DNA of 64,000 nt from a virus (taxonomy: Duplodnaviria > Heunggongvirae > Uroviricota > Caudoviricetes). The DNA is taken from the IMG/VR virus record IMGVR_UViG_2778261631_000002. One strand, given 5' to 3'. This document shows, piece after piece, positions 31,867 to 41,356 of the stretch. The notes below the pieces were generated by a model. That model did no database searches, was not told the origin of the DNA, and was given only the letters and a program-made list of their open reading frames with translations. A program made the translations under genes and the position numbers. The first letter of the stretch is position 1. Each line of letters starts with the position of its first letter.

Positions 31867-32151
31867 GTGGCAAGTATTGCAACAAAAGACAGCATTTGTT
31901 CGGGGCACGGAGGATTCCCATCCAGGCCTCCTGTAGAGAGTGAACCACTACTTAAAGTCAACGGAGTCGAAGTGTTAGTTGATGGTAAGCAATATGCACA
32001 GCATACCGATGGAAACAGTACGCACGGTGGGCAAGCTATATCAACCAGGGCATGGTTTACCGTCAATGGTAAAGGGATCGTATGCGTTGGTGACCCTGTT
32101 TCATGCGGATCTACCGTAGCGTCCGGAGACGGCCTGGTTCAGGTAAGTTAG
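31867..32151 (+). CDS. PAAR-like domain protein
   Basis: 94-aa ORF (GTG start); CSGHGG and GDPVSCGSTVASG motifs resembling PAAR repeats. Confidence 0.5.
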   Translation: MASIATKDSICSGHGGFPSRPPVESEPLLKVNGVEVLVDGKQYAQHTDGNSTHGGQAISTRAWFTVNGKGIVCVGDPVSCGSTVASGDGLVQVS

Positions 32152-32159
32152 GAGATATC

Positions 32160-32948
32160 ATGCTGGAAAAAGACTACCAGTTATCCGCATATAAAAAATT
32201 GGCCGCAGCCGGTGGGATGAAAACACCTGGTGCCATAACATCGGCACGAAACAGTGCTAACACGGCAAAACAGCTTGCAGAAGAATTGATCGGATTAATT
32301 TTGGATACAATTGTCTATCCCGACACTATTACCAGTTATGTTTCAACGATCAGAACAACCACAACAGGCTTAACGAACATTGTCGAACTGGCAACTAAGC
32401 ACGCGGACCTGTTGGCTGGTTATGCAGATCTGTCAATGCTGCTTCAACTCGATATTGGTTGGGATGTTTACTGCCGTGCTAATGAGCGAGAAGTTTCAGA
32501 ACTGCCGATCTCTATTGCCATTGGTGATGTGACTATTACTAAATCGCTTGAGGACGCTGTTAACGCGCTTAATACATCAAGTTTAGTCGCTGCTATGGGG
32601 GAGATTAACCAGACCCTTAACACTGGCTCAGGAAGCTCGTCAGGCTCTGGTTCAGGCGGCGGCACTGCCACTCCCCCACCAGCACTAACAGAAGAGCAAA
32701 TTGAATCTCTGAAAGTAGCAACTGAACAGTTTGGGGTTGTTTTCAACCAGACAACAGCGCCCACAACTGCGTTACAACAGCAGTATGAACGAGCGAATGA
32801 AAGCGCCAACGTAGCCATAACTGCTTATAACCATGCTATCGGTACCGCGCTTGCGGAAGCATCAGCAAATAAGGCCAGCACAGCCAGCGCAGTTGCCGCT
32901 TTGGTTCCTGATTCTGTTCTTGATGAATTAAACAAAGCGGCACAGTAA
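32160..32948 (+). CDS. Hypothetical protein with Gly/Ser-rich linker
   Basis: About 262 aa from the Met with TAGGAG SD; the ORF track extends it upstream. Confidence 0.5.
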   Translation: MLEKDYQLSAYKKLAAAGGMKTPGAITSARNSANTAKQLAEELIGLILDTIVYPDTITSYVSTIRTTTTGLTNIVELATKHADLLAGYADLSMLLQLDIGWDVYCRANEREVSELPISIAIGDVTITKSLEDAVNALNTSSLVAAMGEINQTLNTGSGSSSGSGSGGGTATPPPALTEEQIESLKVATEQFGVVFNQTTAPTTALQQQYERANESANVAITAYNHAIGTALAEASANKASTASAVAALVPDSVLDELNKAAQ

Positions 32949-32987
32949 CAAAGGACTTCATTGATAATTTTTCTTCAGGAGGAAGAC

Positions 32988-33410
32988 ATGTCATTCTTTT
33001 CTACGTTAAAAACAGCTTTGTCTTTGAAGGAGAAACTTGCTGCTACTGGTGTTCTTGTTCTGATTTGCGCACTTGTTGGTGCTGGGTTTGCATGGGAACG
33101 TCATCAGCTAAAGCAAGCCATGGAGAAAATTGGCAGTCTTGATCAGGCTGTTAAGGAACGTGATAAGTCAATAATGGATCTTAACCAGACCATTGAGACG
33201 ATGAACAAAGCAGAGCAACATTTTCACAGCCAGGAAGTGAAAAATGAATCAGAACAAGCCAAATATGCTGACAGGCAAATGGAACGAAAAGCTGAAGTTC
33301 AGAAACAACTGGTTGCGGCGGGTAATGTTCGCCAGCGTATTCCTGCTGACACTCAGCGGTTGCTCCGGGAGTCGATCAGCGAATTTAACGCCGACGCCGA
33401 CAAAGGTTAA
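32988..33410 (+). CDS. i-spanin-like protein (N-terminal transmembrane helix plus coiled coil)
   Basis: AGGAGG SD then MSFFSTLK; TM segment LAATGVLVLICALVGAGFAW followed by a charged helical region; 3' end overlaps the downstream lipoprotein gene. Confidence 0.45.
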   Translation: MSFFSTLKTALSLKEKLAATGVLVLICALVGAGFAWERHQLKQAMEKIGSLDQAVKERDKSIMDLNQTIETMNKAEQHFHSQEVKNESEQAKYADRQMERKAEVQKQLVAAGNVRQRIPADTQRLLRESISEFNADADKG

Positions 33411-33576
33411 CCACCCTGACCCAAAAAGTGCATTTATGTGCAGGATGCCAGAGTTTAGCAGTGAATATTTTGATGATCTGCCAGCGTATATCCTCGATAC
33501 AGAAACGATGCTGATGGGGATTAACAGGAAGAATCGCAACGTTAATGATTACAACCGAGCTATTAGCGGTAACTAA
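33325..33576 (+). CDS. o-spanin-like outer-membrane lipoprotein
   Basis: Signal peptide with lipobox LSGC, Pro-rich mature part; begins inside the 3' end of the preceding gene in another frame; possible longer start at 33244. Confidence 0.45.
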   Translation: MFASVFLLTLSGCSGSRSANLTPTPTKVNHPDPKSAFMCRMPEFSSEYFDDLPAYILDTETMLMGINRKNRNVNDYNRAISGN

Positions 33577-33587
33577 AAGGGATTTTT

Positions 33588-33980
33588 ATGTCTGATAAAG
33601 TAACAGTAAAGCAAACTATCAACAAAGCGACTTCAATCTACAAAATTGAGCAAATCACTGTTGGCAAGCCAGGATCTGAACAATACCGTCGTGCTTTCGA
33701 GCTTGCCGATCAGCTTGGTTTAAAACACCCGGATTGCATTGAGCATGTATTTCCGACCTATGCTGATGAGCAATGTACTCATGTTCTTACCGAAGAGGAT
33801 TTTTTCAGCACTGAAGAACGAGAAGGCGTTGATCGCTGTATTGGTGTGATTTGCTCTTCAGTGAGTTATGAGTTATTCCCTAATGTCCATGAAGATGGTG
33901 GTATTGGATACCAATTCCTGTACGAAGGCGATGAGCTTAAATGTTATGAACATGGTCTTCTCATCGAAAGCATAGAATAA
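33588..33980 (+). CDS. Hypothetical protein
   Basis: 130-aa ORF immediately upstream of the replication origin. Confidence 0.5.
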   Translation: MSDKVTVKQTINKATSIYKIEQITVGKPGSEQYRRAFELADQLGLKHPDCIEHVFPTYADEQCTHVLTEEDFFSTEEREGVDRCIGVICSSVSYELFPNVHEDGGIGYQFLYEGDELKCYEHGLLIESIE

Positions 33981-34021
33981 TACAGCTTCCTTCCAACCGG
34001 CTTTGTTGGCCGGTTTTTCAC

Positions 34022-34039
34022 TTATCCACATTATCCACT
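34022..34039 (+). promoter_or_regulatory. Tandem DnaA boxes TTATCCACA / TTATCCACT
   Basis: Two consensus 9-mers head to tail at the left edge of the origin; a third (CTATCCACA) at 34272..34280. Confidence 0.75.
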
Positions 34040-34044
34040 GGATA

Positions 34045-34099
34045 GATCCAATAATTAGGTCCATACAGATCCCAATTAGATCCATATAGATCCCTGATC
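34045..34099. promoter_or_regulatory. Cluster of five GATC (Dam) sites in the origin
   Basis: GATC at 34045, 34068, 34079, 34089, 34096 within 55 bp, as in P1 oriR. Confidence 0.75.
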
Positions 34100-34138
34100 G
34101 TTGCAGGCCGCGCCACGTCTGGCCTAGAAGTGTATCGC

Positions 34139-34242
34139 GATGTGTGCTGGAGGGAAAACGATGTGTGCTGGCGGGATAAAAATGTGTGCTGACGGGTTGC
34201 TAATGTGTGCTGGCGGGATATAGGATGTGTGCTGACGGGAAA
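34139..34242 (+). repeat. incC: five 19-bp RepA iterons (direct repeats, about 21-bp spacing)
   Basis: GATGTGTGCTGGAGGGAAA and four variants at 34139, 34160, 34181, 34202, 34224. Confidence 0.9.
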
Positions 34243-34298
34243 GCCTGGGTAGTTATCATCACTTATAAAAACTATCCACATAATTCGGAAAAAGTAAT

Positions 34299-35159
34299 AT
34301 GAATCAATCATTTATCTCCGATATTCTTTACGCAGACATTGAAAGTAAGGCAAAAGAACTAACAGTTAATTCAAACAACACTGTGCAGCCTGTAGCGTTG
34401 ATGCGCTTGGGGGTATTCGTTCCGAAGCCATCAAAGAGCAAAGGAGAAAGTAAAGAGATTGATGCCACCAAAGCGTTTTCCCAGCTGGAGATAGCTAAAG
34501 CCGAGGGTTACGATGATATTAAAATCACCGGTCCTCGACTCGATATGGATACTGATTTCAAAACGTGGATCGGTGTCATCTACGCGTTCAGCAAATACGG
34601 CTTGTCTTCAAACACCATCCAGTTATCGTTTCAGGAGTTCGCTAAAGCCTGTGGTTTCCCCTCAAAACGTCTGGATGCGAAACTGCGTTTAACCATTCAT
34701 GAATCACTTGGACGCTTGCGTAACAAGGGTATCGCTTTTAAGCGCGGAAAAGATGCTAAAGGCGGCTATCAGACTGGTCTGCTGAAGGTCGGGCGTTTTG
34801 ATGCTGACCTTGATCTGATAGAGCTGGAGGCCGATTCGAAGCTCTGGGAGCTGTTCCAGCTTGATTATCGCGTTCTGTTGCAACACCACGCCTTGCGTGC
34901 CCTTCCGAAGAAAGAAGCTGCACAAGCCATTTACACTTTCATCGAAAGCCTTCCGCAGAACCCGTTGCCGCTATCGTTCGCGCGAATCCGTGAGCGCCTG
35001 GCTTTGCAGTCAGCTGTTGGCGAGCAAAACCGTATCATTAAGAAAGCGATAGAACAGCTTAAAACAATCGGCTATCTCGACTGTTCAATTGAGAAGAAAG
35101 GCCGGGAAAGTTTTGTAATCGTCCATTCTCGCAATCCAAAGCTGAAACTTCCCGAATAA
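34299..35159 (+). CDS. repA: Plasmid replication initiator RepA (P1 R-replicon)
   Basis: 286-aa ORF MNQSFISDILYADIESKAK... recognised as P1 RepA; flanked by iteron arrays. Confidence 0.9.
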   Translation: MNQSFISDILYADIESKAKELTVNSNNTVQPVALMRLGVFVPKPSKSKGESKEIDATKAFSQLEIAKAEGYDDIKITGPRLDMDTDFKTWIGVIYAFSKYGLSSNTIQLSFQEFAKACGFPSKRLDAKLRLTIHESLGRLRNKGIAFKRGKDAKGGYQTGLLKVGRFDADLDLIELEADSKLWELFQLDYRVLLQHHALRALPKKEAAQAIYTFIESLPQNPLPLSFARIRERLALQSAVGEQNRIIKKAIEQLKTIGYLDCSIEKKGRESFVIVHSRNPKLKLPE

Positions 35160-35443
35160 GTGTGTGCTGGAGGGCAGCTGCATTTGAAAAATGTGCGCTG
35201 CCGGGAATGCCTGCCCATTTTCCTGTTTTTGGTGTGCGCTGGAGGGTTGCGCCACGCAGTTTGCCCAGACATTCCCTCCAGCACACATCTAACCATCCAA
35301 GTTTCCCTCCAGCGCACATCTAATCTTCTATCTTTCCCTTCAGCGCACATATTTGATACCAGCGATCCCTCCACAACACATAATTCAATGCGACTTCCCT
35401 CTATCGCACATTCTGGTCCTGCATCATCCCTCCAGCACACATC
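35159..35443. repeat. incA: nine RepA iterons (three direct, six inverted) downstream of repA
   Basis: TGTG(T/C)GCTGG(A/C)GGG cores at 35159, 35190, 35231 and inverted copies at 35271, 35302, 35333, 35364, 35394, 35425. Confidence 0.85.
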
Positions 35444-35552
35444 TAATAGCCTCATCGCCATTTCTTTACGTGCAATAATTTGCGCACGAATCAAAATAAG
35501 TTGCACGTAGCAGAATCAAACGTACAATTCACTCATACGAAATGATAAGGAG

Positions 35553-36764
35553 ATGATGATGAAACGCGATTACGGCGGTGTCGGCACCATAGCTCTTCGT
35601 GCAAGCGCATTACTTAAGGCCATGAGTCAGGATATTGAAGATCAGCGCAAAGAGTTCAATCAGACCGAGTATTATCAGACGTTCACTCGTAACGCTGTGG
35701 CAAAGTTGCCGAAGCTGAGCCGCCGCATTGTGGAGCAGGCCATCAAAGAGATGGAAGATGATGGGTACCAGTTCAACAAGAAACAGGTCGGTAACGTTGA
35801 ACAGTACGCGCTGACCATCCAGAACGTCATTGATATCTATGCCCACCGTAAGATCCCAAAATATCGCGACATTCACAAATCGCCTTACGTTATTTTTGTC
35901 GTAAACCTGAAGGGTGGCGTATCCAAAACGGTTTCCACAGTCACGTTGGCGCACGCTCTGCGTGTGCATCAGGATTTACTGCGTCACGATCTGCGCATTC
36001 TGGTAATTGACCTTGACCCTCAGGCATCCAGCACAATGTTCCTCGACCATACTCACAGTATTGGTTCCATCCTGGAAACCGCCGCGCAGGCGATGCTGAA
36101 CGACCTGGACGCGGAGACGCTACGCAAAGAGGTGATTCGTCCGACCATCGTTCCTGGCGTAGACGTGATTCCAGCCTCTATCGACGATGGCTTTGTTGCC
36201 AGCCAATGGAAAGAGCTGGTTGAAGAGCATCTTCCCGGACAAAATCAGTACGAAATCCTTCGACGCAATATCATTGATCGTGTTGCGGATGATTATGACT
36301 TTATCTTTATTGATACCGGTCCACACCTGGATCCGTTCCTGCTCAACGGTCTGGCGGCCAGCGATTTGCTGCTTACCCCTACCCCACCAGCCCAGGTTGA
36401 CTTCCACTCAACACTGAAATATCTCACCCGTCTGCCAGAAATGCTGGAGCAACTGGAGGAGGAAGGCGTAGAACCGCGTTTAAGCGCCAGCATTGGTTTT
36501 ATGTCGAAGATGACCGGCAAGCGCGATCACGAGACATCACACAGCCTTGCGCGTGAGGTTTACGCCAGCAACATTCTGGACTCTTCTCTGCCTCGTCTGG
36601 ATGGATTTGAGCGATGCGGCGAGTCTTTCGACACCGTAATCAGTGCCAACCCGCAATCGTATCCAGGCAGTGCAGAGGCGCTGAAGAAGGCACGAACCGA
36701 GGCCGAGCGTTTCACTAAGGCTGTGTTTGATCGAATTGAGTTTGTTAGGGGTGAGGCGGCATGA
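35553..36764 (+). CDS. parA: Partition ATPase ParA (type Ia)
   Basis: 403-aa ORF; deviant Walker A KGGVSKT; N-terminal extension typical of P1/P7 ParA. Confidence 0.9.
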   Translation: MMMKRDYGGVGTIALRASALLKAMSQDIEDQRKEFNQTEYYQTFTRNAVAKLPKLSRRIVEQAIKEMEDDGYQFNKKQVGNVEQYALTIQNVIDIYAHRKIPKYRDIHKSPYVIFVVNLKGGVSKTVSTVTLAHALRVHQDLLRHDLRILVIDLDPQASSTMFLDHTHSIGSILETAAQAMLNDLDAETLRKEVIRPTIVPGVDVIPASIDDGFVASQWKELVEEHLPGQNQYEILRRNIIDRVADDYDFIFIDTGPHLDPFLLNGLAASDLLLTPTPPAQVDFHSTLKYLTRLPEMLEQLEEEGVEPRLSASIGFMSKMTGKRDHETSHSLAREVYASNILDSSLPRLDGFERCGESFDTVISANPQSYPGSAEALKKARTEAERFTKAVFDRIEFVRGEAA

Positions 36765-37726
36765 AAAAAATAGTTTCCCGTGGACGAGTGCTGGGCAAGA
36801 ATAGCTCCGAGTTTGCTCGCATGCTTGAAGGCAGTGAAGGCACCAAAACCTTTACCCTAAAATCTGGCCGCCAGGCTAAATTTTTGCTTACCGTTGTGCT
36901 GAGTGGTGAGATTGAGTCGCGCACGTTCGTTGACCCGGCAGTTAACGGCCGCGATCAGTCTCTGCTCACCCCTGAGTCGGTAAGCGATATTTCCCGCACC
37001 ATTAAATTGCAACAGTTCTTCCCGGCTATCGGTCGTATGGTTGGGGAGCGCATTGAGGTATTGGACGGATCACGTCGCCGCGCTGCGTGTATCTTCAATG
37101 AAACGAAATTTGAGATTCTGGTGACGAAAGATGAGATCAGCCTGGCGGATGCACGCCAGCTGGCCATTGATATCCAGACAGCCCGCGAACACACCCTGCG
37201 CGAACTGGGTAAACGCTTCGAGGTTATGTATGGTAAGAGCATGACCAAAGAAGAGATCGCCCGCGCTGAGAACATTTCAAAGGCTAAAGTTACGCGCGCG
37301 TTCCAGGCGGCAGCGGTGCCGGATGAGATGATTGCTGTCTTCCCTGTTGCCAGCGATCTCGCCCTGCCAGATTACCAGTTACTGCTCCAGATCTCCGAGG
37401 ATGCCAACGCTAAAAGCGTGCCTATTGAAGAGCTGGTTGATACGGTGCGCGAACGAATTGCAGAGACTGAGGGCGCGAAAGAGGATAAAGCGAAGATACT
37501 GGCTATCTTCAAAGCGGAAAGCAAAAGCCTGAAGCCCGCGCCGGTTAAATCTGTGGTGGTTGAGAAGCTGCGAGACTTCTCTGACCGTCGCCAATATGCT
37601 CGAAAGAAGTCCGATCCGAAAAAACGGGTTGTCGCCTACGAGTTCTCCAGACTCCCGTCTGAAGTGCAAACTGAAATTGACGAAGCAATAAAAAAAATCA
37701 TTGGGAAAATGTCTGCTGGGGAATAA
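36761..37726 (+). CDS. parB: Partition centromere-binding protein ParB
   Basis: 321-aa ORF overlapping the parA stop; ParB-like organisation. Confidence 0.85.
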   Translation: MKKIVSRGRVLGKNSSEFARMLEGSEGTKTFTLKSGRQAKFLLTVVLSGEIESRTFVDPAVNGRDQSLLTPESVSDISRTIKLQQFFPAIGRMVGERIEVLDGSRRRAACIFNETKFEILVTKDEISLADARQLAIDIQTAREHTLRELGKRFEVMYGKSMTKEEIARAENISKAKVTRAFQAAAVPDEMIAVFPVASDLALPDYQLLLQISEDANAKSVPIEELVDTVRERIAETEGAKEDKAKILAIFKAESKSLKPAPVKSVVVEKLRDFSDRRQYARKKSDPKKRVVAYEFSRLPSEVQTEIDEAIKKIIGKMSAGE

Positions 37727-37780
37727 TCCCGCTGGTGGGAGGTGGTGTTAGCCCCTCCCCTTCCTAAAATGTCCCGCACC

Positions 37781-37869
37781 AATTTCATTGCTAACATTAT
37801 GATTTGCATGTGTTTTTTAGGAGAATTTCAGACTGAAATTCCCACGATTTAACGCCTGCATTCACCGTC
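37781..37869. promoter_or_regulatory. parS-like centromere
   Basis: Heptamer ATTTCA(T/G) boxes, 19-bp perfect palindrome GAATTTCAGACTGAAATTC (37823..37841), CCCACGATTT box and AT-rich bend region just after parB. Confidence 0.5.
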
Positions 37870-37910
37870 CACTTCCCCGCACAAAAAATTTAAAAAATTA
37901 CTTTTCGCGA

Positions 37911-37939
37911 GAAAGTCAACAAGTGACTTTCAATAAAAT
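37911..37939 (+). promoter_or_regulatory. Candidate late promoter: GAAAGTCAAC/AAGTGACTTTC dyad followed by AATAAAAT
   Basis: GTGACTTTC 9-mer (also upstream of pacA) about 60 nt before the head gene start. Confidence 0.35.
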
Positions 37940-37990
37940 CTCTTCCGAAAAGGGATTCACACAAGTGCCTTGTGTTTAAGGAAGAGTAAC

Positions 37991-39697
37991 TTGAGTAACT
38001 TACGCGAATACCAGAATCGTATTGCAGATATCGCAAAACGCTCTAAAGCCGTTCTTGGCTGGGCAAGTACAGCACAGTTCGGTACTGATAACCAATTCAT
38101 CAAAGATGATGCCGCGCGTGCCGCATCTATCCTTGAAGCTGCACGTAAAGACCCAATTTTTGCGGGTATCTCTGATAATGCCACCGCTCAAATTGCTACC
38201 GCGTGGGCAAGTGCACTGGCTGACTACGCCGCAGCACATAAATCTATGCCGCGTCCGGAAATTCTGGCCTCCTGCCACCAGACGCTGGAAAACTGCCTGA
38301 TTGAGTCCACCCGCAATAGCATGGATGCCACTAATAAAGCGATGCTGGAATCCGTCGCAGCAGAGATGATGAGCGTTTCTGACGGTGTTATGCGTCTGCC
38401 TTTATTCCTCGCGATGATCCTGCCTGTTCAGTTGGGGGCAGCTACCGCTGATGCGTGTACCTTCATTCCGGTTACGCGTGACCAGTCCGACATCTATGAA
38501 GTCTTTAACGTGGCAGGTTCCTCTTTTGGTTCTTATGCTGCTGGTGATGTTCTGGACATGCAATCCGTCGGTGTGTACAGCCAGTTACGCCGCCGCTATG
38601 TGCTGGTGGCAAGCTCCGATGGCACCAGCAAAACCGCAACCTTCAAGATGGAAGACTTCGAAGGCCAGAATGTACCAATCCGAAAAGGTCGCACTAACAT
38701 CTACGTTAACCGTATTAAGTCTGTTGTTGATAACGGTTCCGGCAGCCTACTTCACTCGTTTACTAATGCTGCTGGTGAGCAAATCACTGTTACCTGCTCT
38801 CTGAACTACAACATTGGTCAGATTGCCCTGTCGTTCTCCAAAGCGCCGGATAAAGGCACTGAGATCGCAATTGAGACGGAAATCAATATTGAAGCCGCTC
38901 CTGAGCTGATCCCGCTGATCAACCACGAAATGAAGAAATACACCCTGTTCCCAAGCCAGTTCGTTATCGCGGCTGAGCACACGGTACAGGCGGCGTATGA
39001 AGCACAGCGTGAATTTGGTCTGGACCTGGGTTCCCTACAGTTCCGCACCCTGAAGGAATACCTGTCTCATGAACAGGATATGCTGCGTCTTCGCATCATG
39101 ATCTGGCGTACTCTTGCGACCGACACCTTTGACATCGCTCTGCCGGTTAACCAGTCCTTTGATGTATGGGCAACCATCATTCGTGGCAAATTCCAGACTG
39201 TATATCGCGACATTATTGAGCGCGTTAAATCTTCTGGTGCGATGGGGATGTTTGCTGGTGCTGATGCAGCATCTTTCTTCAAACAGTTGCCGAAGGATTT
39301 CTTCCAGCCAGCCGAAGACTATATCCAGACTCCGTATGTTCACTACATCGGTACCCTGTTCGGTAACGTGAAAGTGTACGAAGTACCTGCTGGTATTTGT
39401 AAGAACTTAACGACAGAGAACATTCAGTTCAGCTCGATGGATGTGCTGTGCTACGTCCGTGATGAAAATCCGGGTAAAGCAGGCTTCGTGACTGGTGATG
39501 CTGTCCCGGCTATCCCGTTCCAGCATCCGACCACTCCGGCGCTGGTCAACCGTACCACACTGTGGGGTTCGGCTATCAACGATATGCACCCACGCAACGG
39601 CGCTGATTACTTCACTCGTGTAACGCTGACAATGGCCAAAAAAGGCGGGCTTAACTTCATAAGCGGCGACACGATTGATGCCGGTGACTCTGAGTAA
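37991..39697 (+). CDS. Putative major head protein (P1 gp23-like)
   Basis: About 568 aa from TTG with AAGGAAG SD; first large late gene after parS; size matches the P1 major head precursor. Confidence 0.5.
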   Translation: MSNLREYQNRIADIAKRSKAVLGWASTAQFGTDNQFIKDDAARAASILEAARKDPIFAGISDNATAQIATAWASALADYAAAHKSMPRPEILASCHQTLENCLIESTRNSMDATNKAMLESVAAEMMSVSDGVMRLPLFLAMILPVQLGAATADACTFIPVTRDQSDIYEVFNVAGSSFGSYAAGDVLDMQSVGVYSQLRRRYVLVASSDGTSKTATFKMEDFEGQNVPIRKGRTNIYVNRIKSVVDNGSGSLLHSFTNAAGEQITVTCSLNYNIGQIALSFSKAPDKGTEIAIETEINIEAAPELIPLINHEMKKYTLFPSQFVIAAEHTVQAAYEAQREFGLDLGSLQFRTLKEYLSHEQDMLRLRIMIWRTLATDTFDIALPVNQSFDVWATIIRGKFQTVYRDIIERVKSSGAMGMFAGADAASFFKQLPKDFFQPAEDYIQTPYVHYIGTLFGNVKVYEVPAGICKNLTTENIQFSSMDVLCYVRDENPGKAGFVTGDAVPAIPFQHPTTPALVNRTTLWGSAINDMHPRNGADYFTRVTLTMAKKGGLNFISGDTIDAGDSE

Positions 39698-39757
39698 TCA
39701 GGGGAAGTTCTCCGTTTAACATAGCGCCCCCGTGCGGGGCGCATAACAGGGAAAGTT

Positions 39758-41347
39758 ATGTCTCAATATTCAATTCAACAGTCATTAGGTAATGCATCCG
39801 GCGTCGCGGTTAGCCCGATCAATGCCGATGCTACGTTATCTACCGGTGTTGCATTAAATAGCAGCTTGTGGGCTGGTATTGGCGTATTTGCGCGTGGCAA
39901 GCCGTTTACTGTTCTTGCGGTTACTGAGTCCAATTACGAAGATGTTCTCGGCGAACCGCTGAAGCCGTCTTCCGGCTCACAGTTCGAACCAATTCGCCAT
40001 GTGTACGAAGCTATTCAGCAAACGTCTGGTTATGTTGTCCGTGCTGTTCCGGATGATGCGAAGTTCCCGATTATTATGTTCGATGAATCAGGCGAACCGG
40101 CTTACAGTGCGTTGCCATATGGTTCTGAAATTGAACTTGATAGCGGCGAAGCCTTTGCTATCTACGTTGATGATGGTGATCCGTGTATTTCACCTACCCG
40201 TGAGTTAACCATCGAAACGGCAACAGCGGACAGCGCGGGTAATGAACGCTTCCTCTTAAAACTGACCCAGACGACTTCGCTCGGTGTGGTAACGACCCTG
40301 GAGACACACACTGTGTCTTTGGCGGAAGAAGCGAAAGATGACATGGGCCGCTTGTGTTATCTGCCTACGGCTCTGGAAGCCCGTTCTAAATATCTGCGCG
40401 CGGTTGTTAATGAAGATCTGATTTCTACAGCGAAAGTAACAAACAAAAAATCGTTGGCGTTCACTGGTGGTACCAACGGTGATCAGTCGAAAATCTCAAC
40501 CGCTGCGTACCTGCGTGCGGTGAAAGTGCTGAACAATGCGCCGTACATGTACACCGCTGTTCTTGGCTTGGGCTGCTATGACAATGCGGCTATCACCGCA
40601 TTAGGTAAAATCTGTGCAGATCGCCTGATTGATGGCTTCTTTGATGTCAAACCGACATTGACGTACACGGAAGCGATCTCTGCTGTTGAAGATACCGGTT
40701 TACTTGGTACCGATTATGTAAGCTGTGCTGTCTATCACTTCCCGTTCTCCTGCAAAGACAAATGGACCCAATCCCGTGTGGTCTTCGGTCTGTCTGGCTC
40801 GGCGTATGCGGCGAAAGCTCGTGGCGTCAAGAAAAACTCTGATGTCGGCGGTTGGCATTACTCACCGGCTGGTGAAGAACGTGCCGTCATTGCTCGTGCG
40901 TCAATTCAACCGCTGTATCCGGAAGATACCCCGGACGAAGAAGCAATGGTCAAGGGCCGTCTCAATAAAGTATCTGTTGGCACCTCTGGCCAGATGATCA
41001 TCGACGATGCTTTAACTTGCTGCACGCAGGATAACTATCTGCACTTCCAGCACGTCCCATCCCTGATGAATGCAATCAGCCGTTTCTTTGTCCAGTTAGC
41101 CCGACAGATGAAGCATAGCCCGGACGGTATTACTGCGGCTGGTCTGACTAAAGGGATGACCAAACTTTTAGATCGCTTTGTCGCCTCCGGCGCTCTGGTG
41201 GCTCCTCGTGATCCTGATGCTGACGGTACAGAACCGTATGTGCTGAAAGTTACGCAGGCGGAATTCGATAAATGGGAAGCAGTCTGGGCCTGCTGCCCGA
41301 CTGGCGTAGCCCGTCGTATCCAGGGCGTACCGCTGCTTATTAAGTAA
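39758..41347 (+). CDS. Putative contractile tail sheath protein (P1 gp22-like)
   Basis: 529-aa ORF (about 57 kDa) following the head gene; size and position fit P1 sheath protein. Confidence 0.5.
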   Translation: MSQYSIQQSLGNASGVAVSPINADATLSTGVALNSSLWAGIGVFARGKPFTVLAVTESNYEDVLGEPLKPSSGSQFEPIRHVYEAIQQTSGYVVRAVPDDAKFPIIMFDESGEPAYSALPYGSEIELDSGEAFAIYVDDGDPCISPTRELTIETATADSAGNERFLLKLTQTTSLGVVTTLETHTVSLAEEAKDDMGRLCYLPTALEARSKYLRAVVNEDLISTAKVTNKKSLAFTGGTNGDQSKISTAAYLRAVKVLNNAPYMYTAVLGLGCYDNAAITALGKICADRLIDGFFDVKPTLTYTEAISAVEDTGLLGTDYVSCAVYHFPFSCKDKWTQSRVVFGLSGSAYAAKARGVKKNSDVGGWHYSPAGEERAVIARASIQPLYPEDTPDEEAMVKGRLNKVSVGTSGQMIIDDALTCCTQDNYLHFQHVPSLMNAISRFFVQLARQMKHSPDGITAAGLTKGMTKLLDRFVASGALVAPRDPDADGTEPYVLKVTQAEFDKWEAVWACCPTGVARRIQGVPLLIK

Positions 41348-41356
41348 GGGAATACA

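Noticed and set aside
34139-35443. Arrays of regularly spaced 19-bp repeats that could superficially resemble a CRISPR array
   Set aside because: Repeat spacing is 21-31 bp with no unique spacers of CRISPR length, repeats occur in both orientations, and they flank repA; they are plasmid iterons (incC/incA).
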